From the IMG/VR virus record IMGVR_UViG_3300009151_009555: 64,000 bases of DNA, one strand, 5' to 3'. Position numbers and translations under genes: made by a program. Under the pieces are notes generated by a model. That model did not search any database and was not told where the DNA came from. It was given only the letters and a program-made list of their open reading frames with translations. The first letter of the stretch is position 1. Each line of letters begins with the position of its first letter. The DNA comes from a virus. Below, in pieces: positions 45,474 to 55,154 of this stretch.

Positions 45474-45773
45474 ATGAACAAAAACGGATCTGACAAGCAA
45501 GAGATGCTTTTCCAAAAAGGAATCAACTGGAATGATTATCCGGCGTTCTTCAAAAGAGGAACCTACGTTCAGAGAAAAAGAGTTCTGACTCCATTCACAT
45601 CAGAAGAGATTGAAAAACTTCCAGTAAAACACAATGCTAGAAAAGATCCTAACTATGTGATTGAAAGATGGATTGTTGATAGAGTTGATCTACCACCTCT
45701 TTCAAAGATTGAAAACAAATCAGATGTTATTATCTGGGGTAAAGATGTAGAACTAAAAAGTCCAGCTGAATAG
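45474..45773 (+). CDS. hypothetical protein, 99 aa
   Basis: ORF track. Followed by a bidirectional hairpin CCAGCT-GAAT-AGCTGG plus T7 at 45761..45787. Confidence 0.45.
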   Translation: MNKNGSDKQEMLFQKGINWNDYPAFFKRGTYVQRKRVLTPFTSEEIEKLPVKHNARKDPNYVIERWIVDRVDLPPLSKIENKSDVIIWGKDVELKSPAE

Positions 45774-45783
45774 CTGGACTTTT

Positions 45784-46326
45784 TTATTTTATGTTAAAAG
45801 TAAATTTTATGGTTCCGTCTTTCAAATCATCTGGTTCCTGTTCTAGTTCATCGAGTGCTTGGTTGAATTTGTCGGTTACATCTTCTATAGTCTTTGTATG
45901 TCCATTCTTTTGACCTTTTGCAGACTTTCCAAAGAATTCGAATCCTACAAAATCAATATTTCCATTTAGTAGTTCAGAAATAGCGTCTTTCAATTCGTCT
46001 GTTATAATAGCTTGTTTGAATTCTGTATTAAGTTCAGAGTATTTTAGATTGGTTCCTCCTGTAACAACTTCTTCACCCCATTCGTTTTCGTGTTCATCCC
46101 AATAGTCAGCAAAACGTAATACAACTTCTATCATAGTTCCAAATTTGCTTTCGTTAGGTGTTATGAATACCAAATATTGTTTTTTCAATTTCTTTCCGTC
46201 TTTTTCGTAAGTTGCATTTGGATAGTAGTGTCCATCTAATATTTCTTTTATTCTTAATTTTATTGGCTCATAGTCTTTGTATGGAAGTCCAGATTCGAAC
46301 ATTTTGAAACTTTTTATTATTCTCAT
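45784..46326 (-). CDS. MK-N-terminal family protein on the minus strand (MRIIKSFKMFESGLP)
   Basis: ORF track. The first 15 residues closely match 39093..39731. Confidence 0.5.
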   Translation of the reverse strand: MRIIKSFKMFESGLPYKDYEPIKLRIKEILDGHYYPNATYEKDGKKLKKQYLVFITPNESKFGTMIEVVLRFADYWDEHENEWGEEVVTGGTNLKYSELNTEFKQAIITDELKDAISELLNGNIDFVGFEFFGKSAKGQKNGHTKTIEDVTDKFNQALDELEQEPDDLKDGTIKFTFNIK

Positions 46327-46352
46327 TTTTTAAAATTGTACTTTATGTATAT

Positions 46353-46393
46353 ATAAAAAAAGCGTGTCAAAAAATTGACACGCTTTATAAAAT
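46353..46393 (-). terminator. terminator GCGTGTCAA-AAAA-TTGACACGC with T7 on the minus strand
   Basis: 9-bp stem, downstream of the minus-strand gene 46409..46837. Confidence 0.55.
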
Positions 46394-46408
46394 TTTGTAT
46401 GAGATATT

Positions 46409-46837
46409 TTATCCGATTACTTCTTTGATAACTTCAGATACGACTTTTCTATCTACTGGTAATCCTGCAAACTCTTTCATGATTTGACCGATGTTTGTTA
46501 TACCTGCAACTTTTAAATCTGTTATCTTATTAAAGATTTCTTCTTTTGATAATTGCTTTGGAAGATAAGCTTCAATAATTGCTAATTCTACTACGGCTTG
46601 TACTATATCTTCACCTTTGCCATCAACTGGTGATAATGACTTTATTGTCTCGTTTAAAGACTTTACCGTTTTGTTCAAGATCTTTATAATTTCATCATCT
46701 GATAAAGTTTCAACTCCTGTATTCTTTTCAATAGTTTGAATTTCACCTTTAATTACAGATAGCAAGTTCTTTGCTACGGTGTTCTTCGCTCTGAATGCAG
46801 TCATGTAGTCTGCACTGATTCTTTCTTTTAGTGTCAT
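46409..46837 (-). CDS. GatB/YqeY-domain protein
   Basis: ORF 46409..46879 trimmed to the ATG at 46837 (MTLKERISADY...). The internal block AIIEAYLPKQLSKEEIFNKI matches the YqeY pattern AIIEEYLPKQLSEEEI. The minus-strand box TCCTTATATTTACAA lies about 20 nt upstream. Confidence 0.6.
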   Translation of the reverse strand: MTLKERISADYMTAFRAKNTVAKNLLSVIKGEIQTIEKNTGVETLSDDEIIKILNKTVKSLNETIKSLSPVDGKGEDIVQAVVELAIIEAYLPKQLSKEEIFNKITDLKVAGITNIGQIMKEFAGLPVDRKVVSEVIKEVIG

Positions 46838-47229
46838 GTCTTTTTGTTTTAGGTTGTAAATATAAGGAGGATTTTTCAATCCACCAAATATGAAGAGTTG
46901 GAACGCCTGTCGATTATGGTTGGAACCCTAGAACCTTGTGTATCGACTTTTAGTGACCTCATCACTTAGGATTACCTTTTAATATGCTTTCGCCTCGGTT
47001 GAGCAGTGTTACCATTCTGCTCGTTTAATTTCTTCATAGATTGGAATTTATCATATAAAAAAGTGTTTATACCAATCAATTTACACTTTTACACCTTTCG
47101 ATTCTTTATATATCTATAATACGGGGCAGTTCATCATTTTTTATGAAAGGTGTAAACTTATTCACTGACTACTTACTGCAATTTTAAAAATCGATCAAAT
47201 CATTCTGAAAGATTTTATATATAACTTAT

Positions 47230-47448
47230 ATGAGTGAGTTGCTTAAAAAGTTGGGAATAGAGAAGGAAAAAGTTTTCAATAAAGACTTTGACTACTTCTA
47301 TGACCTTTATAAACAGAAAGCTTTGGACTATGGAAGAAAAGGTGAACTTAGGTTTTTAAAAGAACGTGGTAAAGTCATCATCTATGTTGTTATGGATGAC
47401 ATTGGTTGTCCTGATTCAGACGAAGATGATCAAATTTATCTAGACTGA
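47230..47448 (+). CDS. hypothetical protein, 72 aa
   Basis: ORF track. Preceded by TTTATATATAACTTAT at the ATG. Confidence 0.45.
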   Translation: MSELLKKLGIEKEKVFNKDFDYFYDLYKQKALDYGRKGELRFLKERGKVIIYVVMDDIGCPDSDEDDQIYLD

Positions 47449-48027
47449 TTTTTTGTAGAGAATAGATTCGACTATCTCACAGAAGATGTTTCCTATAAGA
47501 AGATGAGACTCGTTTATTCTAGGTCGATTGTTTGATGGTACTGATATGATTTCACCACAACATTCTGACATAAGTCCTGGGTCTTCACCGGTAAGTCCTA
47601 TTGTCTTCATTCCTAATCTATTTGCCATATTTAGTGCGTTGATTACACTTTTAGAATTTCCTGATGAAGAAACTGCTATAAGCATGTCACCTGGATTTCC
47701 TTGTGCTAATATCATTCTAGCATAGACTTCATCAAAAGAGTATTGATTCGAAATAGATGTTATGTATGATGAGTTTGTATGTAGAGCCTCTACATTAAGA
47801 GGTGGTCTATCATAATAGAATATTCCAGTTAGTTGAGATGCAATCTGTTGTGTTATTGTTGCCGACCCACCATTACCACATAGCAGTATCTTTCCACCAT
47901 TCTTCAATGTCGCTGCGATTTCTTTAGATACTACATCTATTGTAAATACCAATACATCATCTTCTATGATAGAGTTTTTAATTATCATAGATTCTCTAAA
48001 TCTATCTTTTATATATTGGTTATCCAT
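47440..48027 (-). CDS. gmhA: phosphoheptose isomerase (sedoheptulose-7-phosphate isomerase, SIS domain)
   Basis: KILLCGNGGSA...QIASQLTG and LIAVSSSGNSKSVINA match the GmhA signature blocks (E. coli [23 protein letters not shown] / LLGISTSGNSANVIKA, as recalled). Confidence 0.85.
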   Translation of the reverse strand: MDNQYIKDRFRESMIIKNSIIEDDVLVFTIDVVSKEIAATLKNGGKILLCGNGGSATITQQIASQLTGIFYYDRPPLNVEALHTNSSYITSISNQYSFDEVYARMILAQGNPGDMLIAVSSSGNSKSVINALNMANRLGMKTIGLTGEDPGLMSECCGEIISVPSNNRPRINESHLLIGNIFCEIVESILYKKSV

Positions 48028-48118
48028 AATAATTATATTTTTAATAATTAAAATGTTTTATTTATCTATTAAGACATCGATAGTTAAATATATACTTTAA
48101 TTAAAAAAAGTAGTTAAA

Positions 48119-51100
48119 ATGATACTTATTCAACAGATTTCAAATCTAGATTTAGAATATATTGATGATATAAAAGAATGCCTAAGACATAATGTTTTAA
48201 ACCCTATAATAGACACAATTGTAATTTTTTCAAATTGTAAGAATTTTGAAAGTAGTATAAAAATAGATTCCAGAAAAATAAAGTATTTTGAAGTTGAAAT
48301 TGACCTTTTCGAGATGATGAAATATGGTAAGAAAAACTCTAAAAATTTCATAATATATAGCTCACCATTTTTAAAGTTTGGTATTGATTTAAAGAAGGTG
48401 ATGACTTTCGACATGGAAAATGTTTTAAAAGAGGAAAATTGTTACTACATCTTCGATAAACGATTGGATATTAAAAATAAAAGAAATATAGAGGATATTT
48501 TAGATGGTCAAAAGCTACCAAATAGTTTGAATCTACAAAAGATGGGCTATTACACAAAAGGATTTCAATATAATTCTTACGATTGGAAAGTTTCAAGAAC
48601 ATATAAAGAGAAGAAGGTTGAATTAATATCTGAGAAGTTTGAATTACCTAAAATACCTAATAAAGTTGAACAAAAAATAATTGATATAATACCATCAAAA
48701 AGAGTTGGTATTAAAAAATTAGATGTGGTTATTGTATCTGTGAACTATAATGATTTTTTGATAGTTTCTTTAGAGAACAATATAGATATTTTTGAAAATA
48801 TAACAGTTGTTACTTCATCTAGTGACTTTCTATGTCAAAAGATATGTGAGAAGTTTGGGGTAAAATGTATTGTTACTGATGTGATGTATGAGAATAATGC
48901 AGTTTTCAATAAAGGTAAAGCTATAAATGAGGGAATAAGGTCTATTATGGATCCAGACTACATTCTTTTACTAGATGCGGATATTGTTGTTATGAATAAA
49001 ATAGATTTAGATACTTTAGAAGATAACTTTTTATATACATCCGAAAGATATATTGTTCCAAACTATGATTCGTATAAAAGATATATTTATGGTGATAATG
49101 AAAAATTCCGAGTTGATCCAGATAATGGTTTAGGATTTTTTCAATTGTTTAATTATTCCAAAGGAATAAAATATTCAGAACTTTTTGATAATGCTGCAGT
49201 TTCTGATATTAAATTTAGAGACAAATTCAAAGAAAAAAGAAATATTGGTAAAAGGGTATTACACTTAGGTACTGATTCTAATTGGGATGGTAGAAAATCA
49301 AAAATATTTTTGAATTATAATGAATTTATATTTCTTTTAGAAAAAAAACCATTTGATATAAATTCATATTTTGATAAAATCTATTGTCTTAATTTAGATA
49401 GAAGAGTTGATAGGTGGGAGATAGTGGATCACATGTTCAAAAAAAACAACATAAATGTAGAACGATTTTCTGCCATAGATGGAGAAAAGATATCGGATCT
49501 GGAATTTTCGGACACTGGCTTAGACGAGGATCAATGTAGTAATAAAGGTCTGATAGAAAACAAAAATTCGCTGGCTTGTCTTTTAAGCCATCTTGAGATA
49601 ATAAAAGAAGCTAAACTAAACAATTATAAAAGAATATTGATATTTGAAGATGATGTTGTATTTTCCAAATCATTTAAGAAAGATATATCGAAAATAGAAT
49701 CATATAATTGGAAGCTTTTGTATTTAGGGGCAAGTCAGTTTGACTGGGAAAATATTGAAATAAGCAACAATCATTATAAATGCAGAAAGACATTGGGAAC
49801 ATTCGCGTATGCGATTGATTCCAGTATCTATGACGATATAATTGGTGTGCTTTCGAAAAGAGAGAAATCGATTGACAACATACTTTCGGATATACAAAAA
49901 AAATACAAAAGGAGTTCGTTTGTTGCTTACCCAAACATAGTAATTTCTGATGTTTCCGATTCTGATATAAGAAAATCAAAAGACAAAATCGATTATGCAA
50001 AAATAGTAAGGTGGGACATGAGTAATTTTGAATTTACGAAGATTTTAAAAAAGGTCAGTATTGTCATACCATGCTACAATCAGTCGGAATTTTTAATCGA
50101 ATGTATAGATAGTTGCTTGTCACAAACCGTTTTACCAGATTCTATATTGGTTCTGTTGATGGATAAGAAATCAATCTCGATGAAGCAACTTTTGAAATCC
50201 AAATCCAAAAAAATAAAATGTTTTATATCGAATAGAAGATATTTGTCGAATGCCAGGAACTATCTAATAGACAAAGTAGATACCGAATACTTCATACCAC
50301 TTGATGCCGATGATAAGATACCATCGAACTTTATCGAGGAAATATCATTGATAGATGCTGATGTCGTCTATGTAGGATCCAAATATTTTGGAGGTGTTTC
50401 TGGATGCTGGCCAAATCCAATAACAGAAGAAATCAATTGGTCAAAGCTAACGACTTTTAGAAGAAATTCATTGGTCTGCACTGCTTTGATAAAAAAAGAT
50501 TCGTTTATGAAATCTGGAAGGTACAGTGATAATCTCTGGGCGTTCGAAGACATGGATCTCTGGATAAAGATGTACAAGAACGGCATGGATTTCAAGAAAT
50601 GTAATGGGACTTTCTTAAGCTATAGAAAGTATTTGTCTCAAAATTCTCTACTATCTAAGACAAACTCGGATTCGAAAAACACAGAAATTCTTAAAAAGGA
50701 AATAATGAAGGATAGTTTCTATTCAAAGACCCCTAAGATAATACACTGGGTTTGGCTTGGGAAACGGCCGGTTCCTCAGGAAGTAATCGATACATGGTAT
50801 AGAAATCTTCCAGATTCTGAATGGCGTTATATGATGTGGAATGAAGAAAACTTCGATATGGAATCATGTGATTTTTTGAAGAAGGCCTATTCACTGAAAA
50901 AATATGGAATATGTGTCGACTATATCAGAGCAAAGGTGTTACATGATTTTGGTGGAATATGGCTAGATGCAGATTGTGTCATAAACTGTGATATATCACC
51001 ATTTTTGCAATGGGACTTTTTCGCCAGCTGGGAAAATGAGAGCTACCTAAACATAGGATTGATAGGGTGTAGCCCAAATCTTGTCGCGATGAAGAATATA

Positions 51101-51433
51101 CTTGACTATTATACAGATATAAAAGTTTCGGAAAATGTATTGGTTTCAAACCATTCTTTTGTTAAAGAGATAGGGACCGGGCCTATGGTTCTGACTAGAG
51201 AGATTTTGAAGATAGAAGATATCATGAATGGTGGATTTTCGAATAGCTTCGAGAAGGATGGTAAGAGATACCTTATCGAGACACCGGACGTATTTGTTTT
51301 AGATGATTCGGAAAATGGTCATATCAATTACGCGGTGCATCTGTTTGATGGATCTTGGACGGATAAGAAAGAAGAATGGTCGGTCGTTGTGAGAAATTCC
51401 TACGATTCGTGGAAAATAAAGAACAGAATATGA
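48119..51433 (+). CDS. 1104-aa multi-domain glycosyltransferase (GT-A/DxD domain, GT25-like, GT2, GT32-like)
   Basis: Domain 1: VVIVSVNYND...LLLDADIVV. Domain 2: YCLNLDRRVDRWEIV...FSAIDG...LIFEDD (GT25/Lic2B-like). Domain 3: VSIVIPCYNQSEFLIECIDSCLSQT...LDADDKI (GT2). Domain 4: IIHWVWLGKRPVP...DYIRAKVLHDFGGIWLDADCV (GT32/Och1-like). Confidence 0.85.
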   Translation: MILIQQISNLDLEYIDDIKECLRHNVLNPIIDTIVIFSNCKNFESSIKIDSRKIKYFEVEIDLFEMMKYGKKNSKNFIIYSSPFLKFGIDLKKVMTFDMENVLKEENCYYIFDKRLDIKNKRNIEDILDGQKLPNSLNLQKMGYYTKGFQYNSYDWKVSRTYKEKKVELISEKFELPKIPNKVEQKIIDIIPSKRVGIKKLDVVIVSVNYNDFLIVSLENNIDIFENITVVTSSSDFLCQKICEKFGVKCIVTDVMYENNAVFNKGKAINEGIRSIMDPDYILLLDADIVVMNKIDLDTLEDNFLYTSERYIVPNYDSYKRYIYGDNEKFRVDPDNGLGFFQLFNYSKGIKYSELFDNAAVSDIKFRDKFKEKRNIGKRVLHLGTDSNWDGRKSKIFLNYNEFIFLLEKKPFDINSYFDKIYCLNLDRRVDRWEIVDHMFKKNNINVERFSAIDGEKISDLEFSDTGLDEDQCSNKGLIENKNSLACLLSHLEIIKEAKLNNYKRILIFEDDVVFSKSFKKDISKIESYNWKLLYLGASQFDWENIEISNNHYKCRKTLGTFAYAIDSSIYDDIIGVLSKREKSIDNILSDIQKKYKRSSFVAYPNIVISDVSDSDIRKSKDKIDYAKIVRWDMSNFEFTKILKKVSIVIPCYNQSEFLIECIDSCLSQTVLPDSILVLLMDKKSISMKQLLKSKSKKIKCFISNRRYLSNARNYLIDKVDTEYFIPLDADDKIPSNFIEEISLIDADVVYVGSKYFGGVSGCWPNPITEEINWSKLTTFRRNSLVCTALIKKDSFMKSGRYSDNLWAFEDMDLWIKMYKNGMDFKKCNGTFLSYRKYLSQNSLLSKTNSDSKNTEILKKEIMKDSFYSKTPKIIHWVWLGKRPVPQEVIDTWYRNLPDSEWRYMMWNEENFDMESCDFLKKAYSLKKYGICVDYIRAKVLHDFGGIWLDADCVINCDISPFLQWDFFASWENESYLNIGLIGCSPNLVAMKNILDYYTDIKVSENVLVSNHSFVKEIGTGPMVLTREILKIEDIMNGGFSNSFEKDGKRYLIETPDVFVLDDSENGHINYAVHLFDGSWTDKKEEWSVVVRNSYDSWKIKNRI

Positions 51434-52563
51434 GAGTAGCAGTATTCAACAACTATAAAGAGCATCTTTTTGTAGATCCTAAACCTACAGGTATAAGAAA
51501 TGTGATAGATTATGACAATATAGGAAATATTGTATTCTTAGAATCCATTTCAAGAGAACTGGATGCGGATTCTATAAGCATTTATGATTTTATACTAAAC
51601 TATAAATTGTATGAAGAAAGATATGATATGCTCATACTTTCATTAGCAAATATGGTTTCTCCTGGATATAGCATTTCTGAAGATTTTATGACGGCGTTGG
51701 AGAAGACCAAGATACCAATCTGTATATTCTCAATAGGAGTTCAGGCACAGACAGAAGATGAGCTTTATAAAAATACATTGAGTTCAAATGTTAGAAGAAT
51801 ATTAGAACTATCTAATAAAAGTGGAACAACTATTGGATTGAGAGGTGAGACGACAAAGGCTTATTTAGATAGAGAAGGAGTCAAGAACACGCATGTAATT
51901 GGATGTCCGTCACTGTTCTATAAGAAAAGCATACCTATCAAAAATGGAACTGGACCGAAAGATATATTACTTAGTGGTGGGTTTGAAGGATATTGGAGAG
52001 ATCCTCTATCGAAGATGTTCAATTTTGGATATAAATATTGCAGGTCCTATCTGGTCCAAAGTGAGTCCAGGATTCTATTTGACAAATATAAAATATCGGA
52101 GATAGAGTTGAATACATGGAATGTTTCCAAAGAAAAGAAATCATATCTGATGTGCAGAGGTTATGACTATCTTTATTATTGTCATCCGAATCTAGACAAA
52201 TTAGATTTGGAAAATTGGTTTATAGATAATTCGATTTTCCTAAACGATTTTGATAATTGGATGGAGTCGATGAACACGTATGATATGCATATAGGTGCTA
52301 GGTTTCATGGATCTGTTATGAGCACACTAGCTGGAGTACCTACGTTGATATTGGTAGGAGATTTAAGAGTTAAGGAGTTTGTGGAATTCCACGGTTTACC
52401 AAACATGAACATCTTCGACTTCGATGAAGATGTTAAGCCAAAAGATTTATATGATATGATTGATTATCAAAAATATGAAAGTAGATATGATAATCTTAAA
52501 TCTAACTACATCGGATATTTGAATAGAAATGGCTTGGAGTTTAAGTTAAATCCAACCCTCTAA
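51430..52563 (+). CDS. polysaccharide pyruvyl transferase-like protein (CsaB/WcaK family), tentative
   Basis: ORF 51376..52563 trimmed to the ATG at 51430, which overlaps the GT stop (ATATGA). The C-terminal block MHIGARFHGSVMSTLAGVPTLIL resembles the conserved C-terminal region of pyruvyl transferases. Confidence 0.4.
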   Translation: MRVAVFNNYKEHLFVDPKPTGIRNVIDYDNIGNIVFLESISRELDADSISIYDFILNYKLYEERYDMLILSLANMVSPGYSISEDFMTALEKTKIPICIFSIGVQAQTEDELYKNTLSSNVRRILELSNKSGTTIGLRGETTKAYLDREGVKNTHVIGCPSLFYKKSIPIKNGTGPKDILLSGGFEGYWRDPLSKMFNFGYKYCRSYLVQSESRILFDKYKISEIELNTWNVSKEKKSYLMCRGYDYLYYCHPNLDKLDLENWFIDNSIFLNDFDNWMESMNTYDMHIGARFHGSVMSTLAGVPTLILVGDLRVKEFVEFHGLPNMNIFDFDEDVKPKDLYDMIDYQKYESRYDNLKSNYIGYLNRNGLEFKLNPTL

Positions 52564-54405
52564 GTTATTAAGTCTTCTTTTCAAAGATTGAAGTAAATAA
52601 CGGTTTGCTTTGATATAGTCTTCGTCGTTCAAGAAATCTTTGTTGTCTGGCTCATTAAAGACTAATCTTTTTTGTCTTCCAGAACCTAATACTCCTTCCA
52701 TGTTTTCTATCTGGTTTATCTTCTCTTTTAAATCTTTAAGTATTGTTTGCTTAGTCATTGCATCCATTTTGTAGTTGTACGCAAACCTGTCAGTCCAATA
52801 GAAGCTCTTCTCATTTGTTTTAAGTCCAAGTGCTTGACAATCTTCTGATATAAAGTTTCCTTTCTCAGTTTTGAAGACTTTTACACCATGGTCGTTGAAG
52901 TAGTATTTTCCGTTTTCTCCTTTGCTGAGTACGTCACCTGCAATATAGTCGCTGTCGTGTTCAAACTTTTTAAGATATTCTCCACACTCCATACTATCAA
53001 GACTCACCATGTTTTTGTCTTGGTCTGAAAGTGTTTCGGTTCCTGTTCTACATTCTTGTAGGTCCGAATCTTCTTCTATCCAGTTTATACACTGCATTTG
53101 GTCATCCTCCAAAAAGTTATCGTCGTACCATTCAGAATAAACGGAATCGTTTTCGTGTATCCAGTTTCCGGTTACACAGTCTCTTATTATAGAACTATAC
53201 TCATCTGGATACCATCCTCTATTTGATCCGTACTCGACGTGCATTGCGTCCTCTCTGTATATCCAGTCTCCCAAAGGATCTGAATAGATTGCCTCGCTTT
53301 CTGGTATTCTACAGTCGAAATAGTCAGACCATTTTCCTGAAGTGTCGTCATATGAACCATCAGTATGTGTCATTATGTAACAACCTTCGTAGTCTTCGTC
53401 ATCGTCGTTTATTAAAAGGTTTTTGGATCTCAAAAGCCTTTTGAATGTGTCCATATAAGGATACATATCGAAGTCGTGGCTTTTTAACTCTACGGTTGCT
53501 CTTAAGCCGAAGTATTCTTCATCACCTAGCTTGAAGTCTTTGCTTGCTCCGTATTGTGATGTAAGTCTTTTAAGCCATCCTTGCTTGTCTGCGTATTGTT
53601 GAAACATCAATTTTGTTGCATCATCTATGGCATAGATTCTATCCATGTAGTATTCAACATTATCTATGTTAATCTCTTTTATTTTCCAGATTAGAACTCT
53701 TCCTCTAATCTCTTCACCATCTTCACTTTTTAGTATCAATAGTCTACAAACTTCTGGGTTTTCAGAGTAGATGTTTAAGTATTGACCACATCTTGGATAT
53801 CTCATACAAGAGCTTCCAAGCTCTCCTGTTTCGAACTCGTATTGCTTTTCGTTATACCAATGTTTTATTTCATTGCCTTCTACCAATACGAATTCTGCAT
53901 CAGTGTCTCCAATCTTTTTGAAAAGGTTTGTAAACTCTTCTACTTCTTTGTTATTGTATTTATCAGGAAAAATTTGATTTACAAGTTTGGCAATCTTAGC
54001 ATCACTTCTTGCTTTGTCTTTAAGACTCCAGGGTTCGCTGTTGTATATGTAGTTCACGTCGCTTTGTGATATCGTTCCGTCTTCTATTTTTGTATGGATT
54101 CTACTGAGTGCATCTAGTCCGACACCATGTATTTTTGTAAACTCTTCAATTGATTTCTTTAAAGAATTGACTGCTTTTTTTATTTGTGTAAATGAAAAGT
54201 ATCCTTCTTTATCAGACATACCAATAAAAGTCATATCTGGTTTTACGTCTGTATATTCGACATCTATTAAGTCTTTTGCAATCTTATTTTTTAAACTAAG
54301 TTTGTATAAAGAATCTTTGAACTCTTTTGTATAATAAATCATTGATTCATTTACTACGTTCTCAAACAATCTTTCACCTAAAAATGTGTTATATCTTGAT
54401 ATCAT
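52546..54405 (-). CDS. large acidic protein, 619 aa; paralog of the N-terminal domain of 35747..37273
   Basis: Shared block HWYNEKQYEFETGELGSSCMRYPRCGQYLNIYSENPEVCRLLILKSEDGEEIRGRVLIW. The C-terminal half is Asp/Glu/Trp/Tyr-rich. Confidence 0.6.
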   Translation of the reverse strand: MISRYNTFLGERLFENVVNESMIYYTKEFKDSLYKLSLKNKIAKDLIDVEYTDVKPDMTFIGMSDKEGYFSFTQIKKAVNSLKKSIEEFTKIHGVGLDALSRIHTKIEDGTISQSDVNYIYNSEPWSLKDKARSDAKIAKLVNQIFPDKYNNKEVEEFTNLFKKIGDTDAEFVLVEGNEIKHWYNEKQYEFETGELGSSCMRYPRCGQYLNIYSENPEVCRLLILKSEDGEEIRGRVLIWKIKEINIDNVEYYMDRIYAIDDATKLMFQQYADKQGWLKRLTSQYGASKDFKLGDEEYFGLRATVELKSHDFDMYPYMDTFKRLLRSKNLLINDDDEDYEGCYIMTHTDGSYDDTSGKWSDYFDCRIPESEAIYSDPLGDWIYREDAMHVEYGSNRGWYPDEYSSIIRDCVTGNWIHENDSVYSEWYDDNFLEDDQMQCINWIEEDSDLQECRTGTETLSDQDKNMVSLDSMECGEYLKKFEHDSDYIAGDVLSKGENGKYYFNDHGVKVFKTEKGNFISEDCQALGLKTNEKSFYWTDRFAYNYKMDAMTKQTILKDLKEKINQIENMEGVLGSGRQKRLVFNEPDNKDFLNDEDYIKANRYLLQSLKRRLNNLEGWI

Positions 54406-54470
54406 AACATATATATAAAAAAATCTATATTAAAAAATAATATATAGAGTATAAAAAAAATATTTAAATT

Positions 54471-54722
54471 ATGGAAAATCCTAAGTACTTAGTGAATATA
54501 CACTATTCTAATCCTTATAGAAGTGGATCAATAGGAACAATGTCTGCTAGTGGACTATGGGAAACATTACCAGTTACTTCAGGTGGATGGTTCGTAGCAA
54601 CTATGCCAGAAATAAGAATTTCTGCAACAGGTTCAACTTATGCGGATGCATTAAATGCTCTTTTAGTAATTGCTACAGCATCGACTACATACGACGCTGC
54701 TCAAGGTCCAGTGAAAAACTAA
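54471..54722 (+). CDS. hypothetical protein, 83 aa
   Basis: ORF track. AATAATATATAGAGTAT lies upstream. Confidence 0.45.
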   Translation: MENPKYLVNIHYSNPYRSGSIGTMSASGLWETLPVTSGGWFVATMPEIRISATGSTYADALNALLVIATASTTYDAAQGPVKN

Positions 54723-54746
54723 TAGTATATTTTCTATATAATTTTT

Positions 54747-54977
54747 ATGGGTAAATATATTGTTGGGTTTGGTAGTGAAATGACCGATATGCCTTTGTCT
54801 TTTTTTGAAGGACTTAGTATATTAAGGGAAGAACTTGTCGGAGATACTTATTTCATAAAGTTTGAAAACGGTGATTCTGATATGACTTTCTGTATACATC
54901 AAAATGAATACAAGCGTGTAAAGATTGATTTGAGAGATAAGAAGATACAAAATATTATAAACAAAAAAGAGAGCTAA
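54747..54977 (+). CDS. hypothetical protein, 76 aa
   Basis: ORF track. Followed by the terminator AGAGAGC-TAAT-GCTCTCT plus T8 at 54963..54993. Confidence 0.45.
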   Translation: MGKYIVGFGSEMTDMPLSFFEGLSILREELVGDTYFIKFENGDSDMTFCIHQNEYKRVKIDLRDKKIQNIINKKES

Positions 54978-54990
54978 TGCTCTCTTTTTT

Positions 54991-55152
54991 TTATTTCTCT
55001 TTAGTTGCAATCCAAATTAGTATATAGATCCAAAATGCTGATGGTATAAATATAAATCCTATTCTCCAAACAATTGCTGAAATGTTCGTTGAGTCTTCCA
55101 ATCCTCCACAGACTCCTGCTATGTAGGAATTTTTTCGTCTTTTAAATTCCAT
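54991..55152 (-). CDS. PspC-domain small membrane protein, 53 aa
   Basis: Read by eye: MEFKRRKNSYIAGVCGGLEDSTNISAIVWRIGFIFIPSAFWIYILIWIATKEK. The IAGVCGGL motif plus a following TM helix is the PspC signature. Confidence 0.5.
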   Translation of the reverse strand: MEFKRRKNSYIAGVCGGLEDSTNISAIVWRIGFIFIPSAFWIYILIWIATKEK

Positions 55153-55154
55153 TT

